Below are positions 51,170-64,000 of a stretch of DNA of 64,000 bases, piece after piece. The notes below the pieces were generated by a model. It saw nothing but the letters and a program-made list of their open reading frames with translations. It was not told the DNA's origin and made no database searches. The DNA is from the human T2T-CHM13v2.0 reference genome, Homo sapiens. The translations under genes and the position numbers were made by a program. The stretch is taken from NCBI RefSeq assembly GCF_009914755.1, contig NC_060944.1. One strand, written 5' to 3'. Position 1 is the first letter of the stretch, and each line of letters starts with the position of its first letter.

Positions 51170-51619
51170 AATGGGATGGTGGCCCTAGATCTCCTGAGAT
51201 CTCTCTGGCCGGCTCTGCATGCCCCTTTTCCAGCTTTGCCTCTAACAGCTGTACCTGTAGCGTCCTTCAAGGACTGCCATTGGACTACTGCATCTGCAGG
51301 AGCTCAGAGGGCTGGAGGTGCCTTGGAGTTCCTGTCCTCTGGGGTGGCCTGCAATCCATGCCTGATGGTGCAGAAGTGGGAAAGCCCAGACTCTTTGCTT
51401 GGGAAGGGGAGACTCAGAGTTGTGATTTATGCTCCAGAGCTCCCCGCCCCTTCAGGCTGAGCTAGAGACCACCTGCCTTTGCCCAACGCCGTGCTGTTGC
51501 TTCTCTAGCAGGCCTGCTCCCCACCCCTTTCTGGATTGTCATCGTATTCTTCCCAAATCAGTCACTTGCAGACAAATACTCATCTTAGTATCTGCTCGTG
51601 GGGAACCTGACCTCAGACA
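51170..51619 (+). mobile_element. LTR16-family ERVL LTR
   Basis: 3' end AATCAGTCACTTGCAGACAAATACTCATCTTAGTATCTGCTCGTGGGGAACCTGACCTCAGACA. Confidence 0.65.
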
Positions 51620-53286
51620 GGAAGGAAGCAGATAACTAACTGCAGGAGCTCAGTTCACAATTGTACTCACAAAGCCAGGGCCATGTTCTCTGCTTCATTT
51701 TAATGAATTCAAACTCCCTAAAAGATTAGTCTTAAGCCCAGAGTCCCGTCTCTCTTCTAGAAAACAAAGAACAGCTTGGAGGAGGCATCTGGTAGAGGTT
51801 GCAGGGACTGTAGCCTTGTGACTCTGCTGTGTCCTGAGCCTGTCTGATTCCCACGGCAGGCGGAGGACAGCCGCAGGCCCAGATTCCAGGGTCAAGATCA
51901 GTCCAACAGATGTGCGAGTCCATACACACCTCAAGACTTTCAACTTAAGAATGTTAGCATTTCCAAACTTTCTGATCATGTAACCCAACCAATATAAGTT
52001 GTAAATATGTGTATGTACTTACACATGTATTAACATGTCTCATGTACATGTGTATATGCATATTACTCATATCTACATTTTAAACTATGCAAGAATATTA
52101 ATTCATATAACATAAGGACATTTTAAATATTCAATTTATCAATGATAAAATATTCTAGCAAAAATAGTTTAGTGGAGGCAACTGAATCAAATATGCTTCA
52201 AAATGCTTGAGGATTGTTTTATATATTTTGTAATACAGAAATTTGATTAATTTTGATATTCGGCTTTAAGGGCTGCCATAGCAGATGTCCTGGCAGATGC
52301 AAAGTGTCACTTATGCACTCTAAATCCTTTTTCCATTTTTCAATCTCCTTTACCAATTATGTAAATATGTATATAATGCTGTAAATTTTCATTTTCTTTG
52401 TTGTTTTTAATGATTCACTTCATAACCTATGGAAACTTTTCATTTGGAAAATGGTTTCTTTTCCCTTCAAATTTGAATAGTGCACAGATGAGAGCGATGT
52501 TGAGGTGACATATTTCTGTTCTTCTTAATAAAATTATGTGACAATGAAAATATTTTCAAATATTTATTTTCATGATGCTTTCTTTTTACTGTGAGTTCTT
52601 TTGAAAAACAGCTTTTTTCACACTCATTGTCAAAGCACTATGTTCACCTTGAAAGGATGGATTAGGCATGTTAAATCTACTGGGGCATACACTGCAGAGA
52701 GCTGATTGTAGCCTAAGTTGGCAGCATTTTTCTTTTTGATAACAAGAGTCCATCAGTGGTGGGAGCTTGTAGAAAGGGCAGACCTCCACTGTCCTGATGA
52801 ATATGTGCAAGTTGCAAGAGCTTGTGTCCTTGTGCCAAGTTCTGTGGGATGGGCCACAGTTCTCAGGAGGATCTGCCATGTGACTCACCTCCCGCATGCT
52901 GTTTCCTTCCCTCCTTCATCTATCTCAAGATGGAAAGAGAAGAAATCTTTGAATGACATGAGAGATTGCAGTTTTGAGTTAGATTGGACTGCACTTTTTT
53001 GTATCTAAAAATGAGTCTGAGGCAATAATTGAAAGTAACAGGAAATTAAATCTTCTTGAATTTTAGTCAAGGAATAGAAAAAGACGATCTGAAAAAGAAT
53101 ATGTACAAGCAGAAACTAAAGAAAAGTAAAGCAATTGCCCATTGGGGCCCACCAGCATTCACCCTGTTAAATATATCTTTTATAATCATAAGCTTTATTA
53201 TTGAGTTTTTCATGTCAAGAGATTCAGAGTTTGATCCTCCTCCAAAATTATCCTTTATAACAACACCCCAGTGATTTAATTACTTG

Positions 53287-53648
<362 letters not shown>

Positions 53649-54589
53649 TGATCACTGAAAAATTCTGTCCTGCATGCCCAGGAATGTCTAGAAGACCCGT
53701 GAAAGATTCCACCTGGGTCCCAGCAGCAGGGATGGTCCCGCTGCCATGAGGCCTTTCATAATCGGCTCTGTCATGAGGAGGAACAACGCTCTGCGTGCAT
53801 TTCATAAATTATTCTTCAGGGTTGTAGCTGCCGAGGTGATTTCACAAGGCACCCTGAATCCTGACTCCTCAAATGTATTTGCCAGCAGGGAAGACTGCAG
53901 AGACAGCCACACCGGCTCGCTCTGGGAGAGCGGTGGGTTGCAGGTCACCCTCACACCTGAACAAACATGGAATTCAGTGGAATGCTCACGTCGCTGTTTC
54001 CACTTCTTGGTTTTCCACTTGAATCGGTGCTTTATTTACCCTCTGCTTCTAACTTAGCCTGAGGATTTCAAGTGTTATTTTGAGAGAGATTTCCAAGCAA
54101 TTAAAACATTTACACACCGTAGCTTCTCCCTCCGAAGCACTGTAAACACTGAGCAGATTGAGGAACAAAACAACCCAATACCTCATGGCAATGATTCCAA
54201 CAAGGAGGGAGAGGCCAGATGTGCATTGCATCGGGGAACTGCTGCGCCGCAGCTGAGACGTGCGCCTGGCTGGTGTCATGCAGTAGGATTTATTTTCAGG
54301 GCTAATGCTGCATTCACTAATTCCTCTCTTACCCCATTCTCAAGGAGCCTCTGAAAATAGCTAAATTTTGCCTGTTGAAGCCCAAATTAAAAGCAGGCTC
54401 CTCAGTTGCCTTGCCTCTTCCCTCCAAACCAGCCTCTGCCTACCACGTTACCATCCCTGCAGTCACCCAGATTAGAAAGTGGAAGGTTGATTGACCCTAT
54501 TCCTTGAGAGGAATTCCCTCCTACATCTAACCACTTCCTAAGTATATCAACTATTTTCTCCATGTTTAGCAGTGTTGTCATGAGTGGAC

Positions 54590-54659
54590 ACCACATACAC
54601 GCACTTGTGCACACACACACGTGCCACACACACATGCATGCACATGCACATTCACACAC
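54590..54659. repeat. Degenerate (CA)n tract
   Basis: CACATACACGCACTTGTGCACACACACACGTGCCACACACACATGCATGCACATGCACA. Confidence 0.75.
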
Positions 54660-57191
54660 TTTATGCTTTGGGGTGACAGGAGAAGTTTTGAGCAAAGAGA
54701 CATTCTGAGCTTTCAATCCAAACCCCTCTTTTGTGAATTCTTCCTGCAAAACACTCATATGTCTTTATGTCTCTATCCTTGATGGCAGAGAATGTGTCAC
54801 TATCCACAGCTCATTGAGCACTATTGACCGAGATTACTTGTGCAAACCATTGTATCAATTGCATTGTAAACATCTTGAGGCCAGGGACCATCTTCTTGAC
54901 ATTTTGTACTTCCTTTCACTCTAGGTCAGTGCTACAGGTATTGCAGGGGCTGAGTAATATTTTCTGGATGATATATTTGACCTACCCTTTTAGAATAAAG
55001 AGAACTTTTCACTTGCTGACAAACAAGTGAAACCAAGCCTGGTCTCTGACGTCTTCTCTGTTCTCAGGAAGCCTTGAAGAAGCTGATGCCTCTGCAAGAG
55101 AAAGGGCTGATACCTGGTGAGACTTAACCTGTGCTAGGTGCTGAGCTAAGCAGGTACATGAATGAACTTACTTCATCTTCAGACTAATCCCATAGTGTGT
55201 GTTCAACTTTTATTTAAGAAATGAAGGCTTAGACTTGCCCCAAGTTTCAGAGCACATAAGAAGCAGAGATGGCTCCTTGACTTCTACTTCACTCGCAGGC
55301 CTTGACCTTTGAGCTTCGACACGGCGTCTAGCAGCTTGAATTTCTCTTTCCATCCTGTTTCCTTACCCTGTGCCTGGTTAGTGGTGAGTGGCATCCTATT
55401 TAACAACAAATGTTAACTAAATGAAAATGTGTGCAACGGAACAAGACTTTGACAGCGTCTGTCGTGACCGCTTATGGTTGCTCTGTGCATCAAGCTGGGT
55501 TTCTGAAGCACTGTCCTCCATGCTAGGAAGATTACTCTGTGTGCACAAGCTGGATACTATTCCCTGTTACAGGCTCTCTTGGTGTCCCCTCCATAAGCCT
55601 CTGGCACTTGCTGTTTCCATCCACCCAGGCCAGATGGTTTCCAGGATCCCTCATCTGCTGCTGCTTACCTAAGAGCAGGTGCAGGACACCTGGGGTGTCC
55701 ATGGGCCAGGTGCCAAGGGGGTGATGTCCCTGGGAGCAGCCATCAACTGGTGACCAATAGAGCTTCAGGAATAAAGATGCCAGTTCTCCCACCCTTCAGC
55801 TGCTGTGACAAGAAGCCTGTGCTGTCTCTCAGGGATCCTCAGCAAGACTACCATTCCCTGCTCAGGAAGGCCCCCGGTCACCTTCTCAGGTCCCTGACTC
55901 TCTGCCCCTGCCCCAGCAGTGTTCCTGGGGTCACTACCTGCATGCACATCCTGTCTCAGAATATGCTCCTGGAGGCCCAGGAAATGCCCCAGGTCCCAAC
56001 AGGGCTGCATGTTCCTGTTTGGACCATTTGTGGGAACAAAGAGAGCACTGTGGCTTTCCAGTATCTGTGTGGGTGTTCCCACGGGCCAGCTTCAGGGCTC
56101 CCGTACAAGAGGCTGGGACACAGGCAATGAGGAGAAGCAGTCTGGTGGGGGGGCGGTGTGGATTAATTTGATGAGAACCAGAATGAAAAAGATTCAGGGG
56201 GAGGACAATGCTTCAGTTCCTAAATGGTCAGGTTATTTCTCCTCATTCATTCCTCTCTTCCACTGGCTCCCTCTCTCTCTCTCTCCTTCCCTCCTCACCT
56301 CTGTCTTTTTTACTCTGTTTCTTGGTCTCAGTCTCTCTCTCTCTCTCTCTCCTCTGTCCTGGGACAGGATTTCATTCATCTTCCTGTAAGTGCTCACATT
56401 ACTCACTTTTTTATGCACGGACCACCACACATTTAGATTCTTTATCTTCCTCTCCTTTAAAACAAATTCAGGTCGTTTCAGGGACTAATCAAGGAGGATG
56501 GATGGGCCGATTCTCTGGGTAAGCAGAGGCTGCTGCAGCGCCCACCCTCCCCGACCCCAACCTGCCCCCTCCTCCTCCACTCATCTCCATTGGCGAGGTC
56601 TTTATGTTGCTTATGCACACATTTTGGTGCTCCTTGTACAACTCAGAGAAGGGCATCCCTAATTTGCCGAACACTACAAATCTATAAACATGATTTGGGT
56701 GTGATGTGGCATGTGGCATGTTGAATACCAGCCTCATTTGAGCCGATTGTGCTGGAACCATGTTCTAGTAACTTCTGCCTGGGGAAAAAATTTGACACAG
56801 ACCTGGGTGTCCCCATCATTCTGTGGACTCCTGGTAGCTTGGCTTTGCCCTTCATAGATGTGGGTCTGCATCAAACTAATTTTGAGGTGGAAATATTTTA
56901 ATTATTTAAAAGGCCAGTGCAATTCATAAGTTATCTAAACAGTGATTATCTGTGCATTATTCAAACAGGAAGATGTAAAGTCAGTTATTTAAAATCTTTT
57001 GGTAAGGAAATACATTGCAGCCAGAGAAAACATCTAGTGACAGATCTGAAGTGCTTTGTACAACTTCCGGAATTCAAGAATTGAACCACCACCTGTCTCA
57101 TCCTCAGGGTGTGACCCTCAGCAACTCATGCCACACTCATGTTTATTCAATGCTCTTTAAACTCGATTAGGCCTCTTTTTGAACAACCTAA

Positions 57192-57641
57192 TGTGTTAGT
57201 CTTTTCTCACATTGCTATAAAGAAATACCTGAGACAGTGCAATTTATAAAGCAAAGAGGTTTATGGCTCATGGTTCTTCAGGCTTTACAAAAAAACATGA
57301 CTGGCATCTGCTCAGCTTCTGGGAAGGTCTTAGGGAGCTTTTTGGTAAAAAGCTCAGCTTCTGGGGAGGTCTCAGGGAGCAATTATGGCAAAAGGCGAAG
57401 GGGAAGCAGGCATGTCTTACGTGGCCAGAGCAGAAGGAAGCGAGAGAGGGTAGGGGCGCTGCCCACCCACTTTTCAACAACTCACTTCCTATCGCGAGAA
57501 CAGCACCGAGGACATGGTACCAACTCATTCATGAGAACTTCGCTCCCATGATCCAATCACCTCTCATCAGGCCCTACCCTCAACACCAGGGATTACAATT
57601 TGACTTGAGATTTGGTGGGGACACAGATCCAAACCATATCA
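57192..57641 (-). mobile_element. MSTA-like solo LTR with 5-bp TSD and internal duplication
   Basis: TGTGTTAGTC...CATTGCTATAAAGAAATACCTGAGAC...GGGGACACAGATCCAAACCATATCA; TSD CCTAA at 57187-57191 and 57642-57646. Confidence 0.92.
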
Positions 57642-58439
57642 CCTAATCTTTCTTTCTTCCTTAATGGCATTTACAATTCCAAAATAAATAAAACACTGCT
57701 GAGTACGGATGCAGCTTCCCGTAAAGTGTCTATCTCTGTGTATTTTGAGATGCCCAGTGTGTAAAACTTGGGGGAGGCTGCCACTCACCCTGGGTTTCCC
57801 ACGTCCCGCATTTGGACAGGAGGATGGGCAGGGGCACAGTTGCAGGTTGGGGACTTGCTCTGTTTTGGGAGAACATCAGCCTGCCCGCTCTATCCCACTG
57901 TCATGACAAACACAGGCGGTCTTCCCCAGTGCTGGCCCGATTGCCGTGAAGACAACTAGACATGAGATGGGGCTTTAGTACAAATGTGTTTCCAATGACT
58001 TTCTTTACCTTTTTTACTCTGAGCCTCCTTTGGGGGGCTGGTTTTGAAGAAGAATTAATGCTTTAGAATCTTTGGTTCTAGCAAATGCCAAGAGTGACAG
58101 TTCCTTTTCGGAGCATGTTTAGAAAAGGAAAGGGCTGGGAACAAGAAGGTGCTTCCCGCCTCATCTCCCTGCTCTGCCCTGGAAGTTCCTTGCTTCAGTC
58201 TTAGCCCCCAGAACCTCTGACCTGTGGACAGCCACGCATCTCAGGTCAAAGTCTTTACCCGTTGGACCTTTGACAGCAGAGAGAGAAGGATTCTCCGAGG
58301 AAGTGTGCCTTAGGCAGGGCTACACTGCATCCTGTAACTAGTTATGAATCACTCGGAACAAGGCGACCACCCTGAGGTGTTAAAGCAACAGCCCCTTTGA
58401 GTGGGAAAGAGGGCATCACTCCACTCTGGATTCTCTCCT

Positions 58440-58640
58440 CTCCCCAGCACGTGGCAGGGTTGCCGGACGCGTAATAAAACCCAGCGCTCAGCCACTCCGG
58501 CGCTGCACGCTTCCGCACCGAGGCTGGAGGCTGAGCAATAAACTGGAGGCTCAGGAAGTCTGCGTGGCGAGTCTAGCCCTGCGGTGGATGCACAGCTCTC
58601 ACTGGGGAGAACCAGCCTGACCGCCGGTGGCTGAGAGATG
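58440..58640. promoter_or_regulatory. Small CpG-rich non-repeat segment, candidate enhancer or promoter
   Basis: About 15 CpG in ~190 bp in an otherwise CpG-depleted window. E-box CACGTG 58448-58453, GTAATAAAA 58471-58479, GCAATAAA 58535-58542, GGAAGT 58554-58559. Confidence 0.45.
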
Positions 58641-59594
58641 AGGCAGTTGTTTCTCATCTTTAGAATAAGCCATTTATTATGCTCTGCACCTCAACTTTCC
58701 CATAAATCCAATGGGAATGACACCTCCCCGTCCTGTGGACTGTGCTGCCACAGTGGGCATTCTCCATCCACCTCACAGTGGCGTGACAGCCATGGATGGG
58801 GAGGCACCGGCCACCGGCCACCACCTTCACATAAACGCCCTCCCCAGTCTGCCTGTCCTGTGAGCTCTCTGCCAGTGTCTGACCTGCAGGGGATCCCCGG
58901 TGCTGTCCCAGAAGCCTGCTGCCTGTACCCACAGAAGCCAACAGGACAACCTCTAATGTAAGGGGGACCTGAACTTTCTCCAAAATAGTCACACTTCTTT
59001 CATTTCACCAGCCCCTGCATGGCACCCCTGCAAGACGTCACTCCCAGGGCCCTGACCTCTTGACCTGCTGGGGCAGGGGTGGGGCTCTGCTGCAGGGTGA
59101 GTGCTGTTACTACTAAGTTGGGTCTGTCCTCATCTGGTAGAAAGTGAGGAGCCCAACCAAGCTTCTGGGCAGCGGCTCTCACCTCTGCACACAGGCGGAC
59201 TCGGAGGACCCCTTCACGCAAGATGAAGGGTGTTATTAATCTGGCATCTTCTTCGTTATATGGACAAATGAAAATTTGACTCATACACATAGAGCATGTT
59301 TGAAATGGTCATGACCTAGGGATATTTCAAGGCAGGAATTCTAGCTCCTTATGAAGGCCAACAAAACTTAGCAATATTTTTAAAAGCTCTAGGAAGCCTT
59401 TCTTGTTTTGAATTGTGTGGTTTCTGGTGAAATGCTAGAATGAGTTGGTTGTAAAATGTATTCAAATGTAACTAAAGAAATTGCTTTTCTTTGGTATTAT
59501 TGATTATAAAGTAAATTTTGAAGGTCATATTTCAAAATCATTGATTTTAGTTTTAGTACAATTGATCTGAGATCATTCTGACAACATTAGATAG

Positions 59595-59831
<237 letters not shown>

Positions 59832-62507
59832 TGACAATAAAACTTTTAAGAATGTAAGAAATAATATTTATTTGTCCATTTTTCATTCTAGGAAAGCGGG
59901 CAACCACATCATTTAATTGGAACATCAATTATTTAAGAAACCAACACATACATCTTCCTCTGTGTGTGCGTATCTCATGTATGCATATATTCATGCATAT
60001 AGAAAGAGACGAAAGATCTCTGTTTTATGTTACTTTAATTTTTTTAACTGACAAGCTTGAAGACAATTCCCACTAACTATGACTGTAAAGGCTATGTTTG
60101 GCTGAATATTTTTTTGGAAGTATCAGGCTTGGGTGCCTAGACAATTGAGTCCTCATTCATGCTTAATCTCTTTCCCACGATGGCCAGGAAAGACTCAAGC
60201 CCTGCCATCCTCCCAAGTTAATCTTGGTGATTTTCTCCATGTGATGATTAACAAGTATATCAGTGGCCCGTAGCTGAGTCACTCCGCCTGAAACTCACTT
60301 TCCCCCTGTGTAAAACATCTGCTTTAAAAGCCAAGACAGTGTTTGTATGTGGGAACCTCGTAAGTTTTAGAAAGAACAGCATAGTAAGTAACAGGCCTCC
60401 AGGTTTGGGGTTGTGAATTATATTCTGAGTTAATCCAAGCAAAAGAACAAGTAGGAGGTAAATAAATATAGATAAGATGTTAAATATCAGAGCCCACCTA
60501 TCAGAATATCTAAAATAATTGTGGAGCAGAAATAACATGTCGATTGTTCCCTGGCATTTTGCATAATTCACTTTTTTTAAAAAAGTAAACTGTGCGGTAA
60601 GAGAAGGCTTGTTTGAGTCCCAGTGACAAGGGAGCATGGCCTAATAAAGCATTTTCCAGCTGTTCTGGGTATATAGAGACAGGCAAAGAAGGCCTCTGGG
60701 CAACAGTTGGAGTATGAATACTTCATTCGTGCTGGTCTCCTCAGCAGAGCCATGCACAGCAGACAACGTCTCCACGTCTCCAAATCTACCCACACTATGG
60801 GTCTGCAGGATAAGCTTGCTTCAAATGCACAGTCACCTGCAACAGTCCTTGCTTCTTTAACTCTTCCCAAGAGCATCCGACCCCAGCCTAGGCCTGATCA
60901 CCATCACCTCCACATCCTGCTACTGGGAGCACCACGGCTCTCCATGGCCTGTGATCTCCTAACCTGCAGCAGGTAACACATCCGACTTTGACTCCAGGTG
61001 TGGCCCTGGTGGTCTCTGGCTTGGGGCATGGATGGCTGTAAGCCTGAGCTGCCATTCTGGGGGCTCTGCTGGGAGGGCTAGCTCTCAGGAGATGAGTCTT
61101 GAGTATGGTGGGGACAGTGGGAGCGGGAGCTTAAAAAGTCAGACAGAAAAGCACTCGGGCTGCCTGAGGTGAGTGGGGAGGTGTGCTGTCGTGGATTATT
61201 CATATCTGCCCTGAGAGAGGGAAGGGCCCTCACTGAGCCCAACCTCCAAATGCACCCCCTACAGTGAGAGTTCAAAAATTATTGATGAAATGAAAGAGCT
61301 CCCACTGGATATATGAATTCATGCTGTACCAAGGATAGTATTTACTGGGTATAACAGAGCTGACTTGTGGCCTCTGGCCCAGCTCCTCCTCCCTCCAAAG
61401 AGTATCCTTTCATTGGCCTGCATTCATGGGCTCACTGATATTTTTAAAACTTCAAACAACCTCTTTTTGGGGCCATCACCAAACCATGATATGTAATTTC
61501 CCCAGATATCTCACTGGACAATAAAACCAAATCACCCATCTATGAACTTTGTCCATTTGTTCCTGGAGAACTAAAGTGAGATGCATCACATTTTGCAGGG
61601 TATTATGAGCTAACACAAAAAGTATTAAAAAGTTGTTCCTGTCTTTTAGTGAGGAAAAATCATACCAGTGCCAAAATTCCACAGGATTTCTTACTTTTCT
61701 AAAGCTTTATAACAACACTTCTATTAATTTATTTGCTGTTCAGGGTGTGAGAAAATCTATTGCTGGGAGGTGAGAATCCTCATCTACACCTGGTAGAAAC
61801 ATGATTAAGATGCTTTTTGTGTGTTTTAATATATAAAAAATCCATGACCCAGAAATTGCACTCATGGGAATCCGCACGTTAGAAATGACACTATCAGGTT
61901 ACAGCAATATTTTATTTTTAAGAATGTTACTACAGGTTTTGTGTTGACCAACAAAAACTGGAAACAAAGAAATATTAATATTCCCATTATTGGGGCAATG
62001 ATGGAATAACTCATGGTTTATCCACATCACAAAATTATGGAGGCATTAAAATAAAAGAAAAAACATAGAGCAGTTCCAAACACGCAGGAATCTCCATGAA
62101 GTATATTGGAGAGGGTTGAGGAGGGTGCAGCAGCAGGTATTGGGCACTACACTGTGGTCATAGAAAGGAAGACCAAGGCCCTGTGCACAGACAGCCATAC
62201 AGGTATGGTGATGTGATTTCATACGTGTGCCAATGTGCCTGAGAGATTTACAGCAGCCATGTGTGGTTGGGAGTGGTTACAAGCAAAAGGAGGAAAGCAG
62301 ACTATAAAGGGAAATAAAAATAAGCCAAGAAATTGTGCTTTAGAAAAACTAGCATTTATACGTGATCCATTTCAGTTAAATTATGTGTGTGTAGAAAAGG
62401 GATCTCTGTAGCCACTCATTAATGGGAGTGTCCATGACACACTGCCAAGTGAGAGAAAGCAGTTAGTGTGTAAAGTATGCTCTGTTTGGTTAAAAAATGA
62501 ATGAACA

Positions 62508-63805
62508 GCCAAGCAGTCAAAACAATCTTGAAAAAGAAGAACAAAGTTGGAGGTCTCACACCCCTGATTTCAAAACTTACTATAAAACTACAGTAACCAA
62601 AACAGCATAAAGACAGACTTACAGACTATGAAATAGATATGGAGCCCAGAATTAGCCCTCACATGGAGGGTCAAATGATTTTGCACAAGGGCGTCAGGTT
62701 CATTCAATGAGAAGAGGAGCACATCATTAACAAACGGTGCTGGGAAAACTGAATATCCACCCAAAAAATAGCGAAATTGGACCATTGCTTTATATCATCT
62801 ACAAAAATTAACTAAAAATGGATTGAAGGTCTAAACAGAAGAGATAAAACTCTATAACTCTTAGAACAAAACATACGAAGAAACTGTCATGATATTAGAT
62901 TTGGCAGTTATTTCTTGGATATGACACCTAAACCAAGGCAACAAAGAAAAATAGATAAATTGGACTTATTCAAAATTAAAGACTTTTGTGCATCTAAGTA
63001 CACTACCAAGAAAGCAATATAATGGCCTACAGAAGGGGAAAAAACATTTGCAAATTACACATGTGATAAGGAGTTAATACCCAGAACACATAAAAGACTC
63101 CTAAAATCCAACAAATGCAAAACAACTCAATTAAAATTGACAAAGGCCTTGAATAGACATTTCTTCAAGGAAGATGTACAGACAGCCAATAAGCACATGA
63201 CAAGATGCTCAGTCAATATCTTTACTCATAGAGAAATGTGAATCATAACCACAGTGAGATACCAATAGTACAGTTACTACTGAAAAATTAGAAAGTAGCA
63301 AGCATTGGTGAAGATGCGGAGAAACTGGAATCCTTGCAGGAATGCTTATGGGAATGTGAAATGGTGCTCGCTGCAGAAAACAGTATGGCAGTTCCTTAAA
63401 AAATTAAACATAGGGGCCGGGTGCAGTAGCTCAGGCCTGTAATCCCAGCACTTTGGGAGGCCGAGGCGGGCGGATCACGAAGTCAGGAGATCGAGACCAT
63501 CCTGGCTAACATGGTGAAACCCCGTCTCTACTAAAAATACAAAAAATTAGCCGGGCGTGGTGGCGGGCGCCTGTAGTCCCAGCTACTCAGGAGTCTAAGG
63601 CAGGAGAATAGCGTGAACCCGGGAGGCGGAGCTTGCAGTGAGCCGAGATGGCACAACTGCACTCCAGCCTGGGCAATAGAGCGAGACTCTGTCTCAAAAC
63701 AAAACAAAACAAAACAAACAAACAAACAAACAAATTAAACATAGAATTACCACATGATGCAGCAATTCCACTCCTGGGTACATACTTAAAAGAATTGAAA
63801 GCAGG
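62508..63805 (+). mobile_element. L1MB-type ORF2 3' region (decayed), interrupted by AluY
   Basis: AAAACAATCTTGAAAAAGAAGAACAAAGTTGGAGG...GGTGCTGGGAAAACTG...GAATAGACATTTCTTCAAGGAAGAT...CCACATGATGCAGCAATTCCACTCCTGGGTA. Confidence 0.9.
63415..63731 (+). mobile_element. AluY with 13-bp TSD and (AAAAC/AAAC)n tail
   Basis: Y diagnostics GAGATCGAGACCATCCTGGCTAAC and GCGTGAACCCGGGAGGCGGAGCTTGCAG; TSD AAATTAAACATAG at 63401-63413 and 63732-63744. Confidence 0.95.
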
Positions 63806-64000
63806 TGCCCGGCACGGTGGTTCATGCCTGTAATCCCAGCACTTTGGGAGGCCGAGACGGGGGGGATCACTTGAGGCCAGGAGTTTGAGACCAGCCTGGC
63901 CAACATAGTGAAACTCTGTCTCTATTTAAAATGAAAAAAAAAAAAAAAAAGTCGAGCGTCGTGGTGCCCGCCTGTAATCCCAACTACTTAGGAGCCTGAG
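63806..64000 (+). mobile_element. Alu (J/S type), cut by the window end
   Basis: GGCACGGTGGTTCATGCCTGTAATCCCAGCACTTTGGGAGG...; long central A tract. Confidence 0.9.

Noticed and set aside
58618-58634. Second CTCF motif (GACCGCCGGTGGCTG), also CCCATCGGTGGCAC at ~20851
   Set aside because: Both lack the core AG and are one base short of consensus spacing.

Overview
This window is primate, very probably human, non-coding genomic DNA. It contains AluJ/S/Y, L1M/L1P, L2, MIR and about 20 LTR elements (MaLR, ERV1, ERVL). I find no credible protein-coding gene, RNA gene or CRISPR array. The listed ORFs are explained by repeats or chance, and the only protein-derived remnants are decayed HERV-L gag, L1 and L2 sequence. 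Four structures stand out. (1) At ~1307-1985 a GC-rich block, which from recall resembles a FAM86/ALG1L/OR7E-type segmental duplication (unverified), ends abruptly in a patchwork of fold-back palindromes. This includes a perfect 24-bp stem with a GCAA loop and 14 identical copies of a 33-bp A/T-only unit, followed 77 bp later by a near-consensus CTCF motif. (2) A doubly deleted MLT2A1/HERV-L provirus at 25133-27368 is nested inside older LTR16 elements. It keeps a full 5' LTR, a tRNA-Leu PBS and a splice donor, and strong + strand acceptors lie downstream, so it could drive an LTR-initiated spliced lncRNA. (3) A stack of LTRs occupies 9.3-11.8 kb and ends in a 28-bp duplication that doubles an inverted ETS motif pair. 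(4) There are several small perfect hairpins, local duplications and candidate enhancer motifs. Repeat subfamily names come from recalled consensus sequences and need RepeatMasker/Dfam confirmation. The sequence alone does not establish a new biological system.
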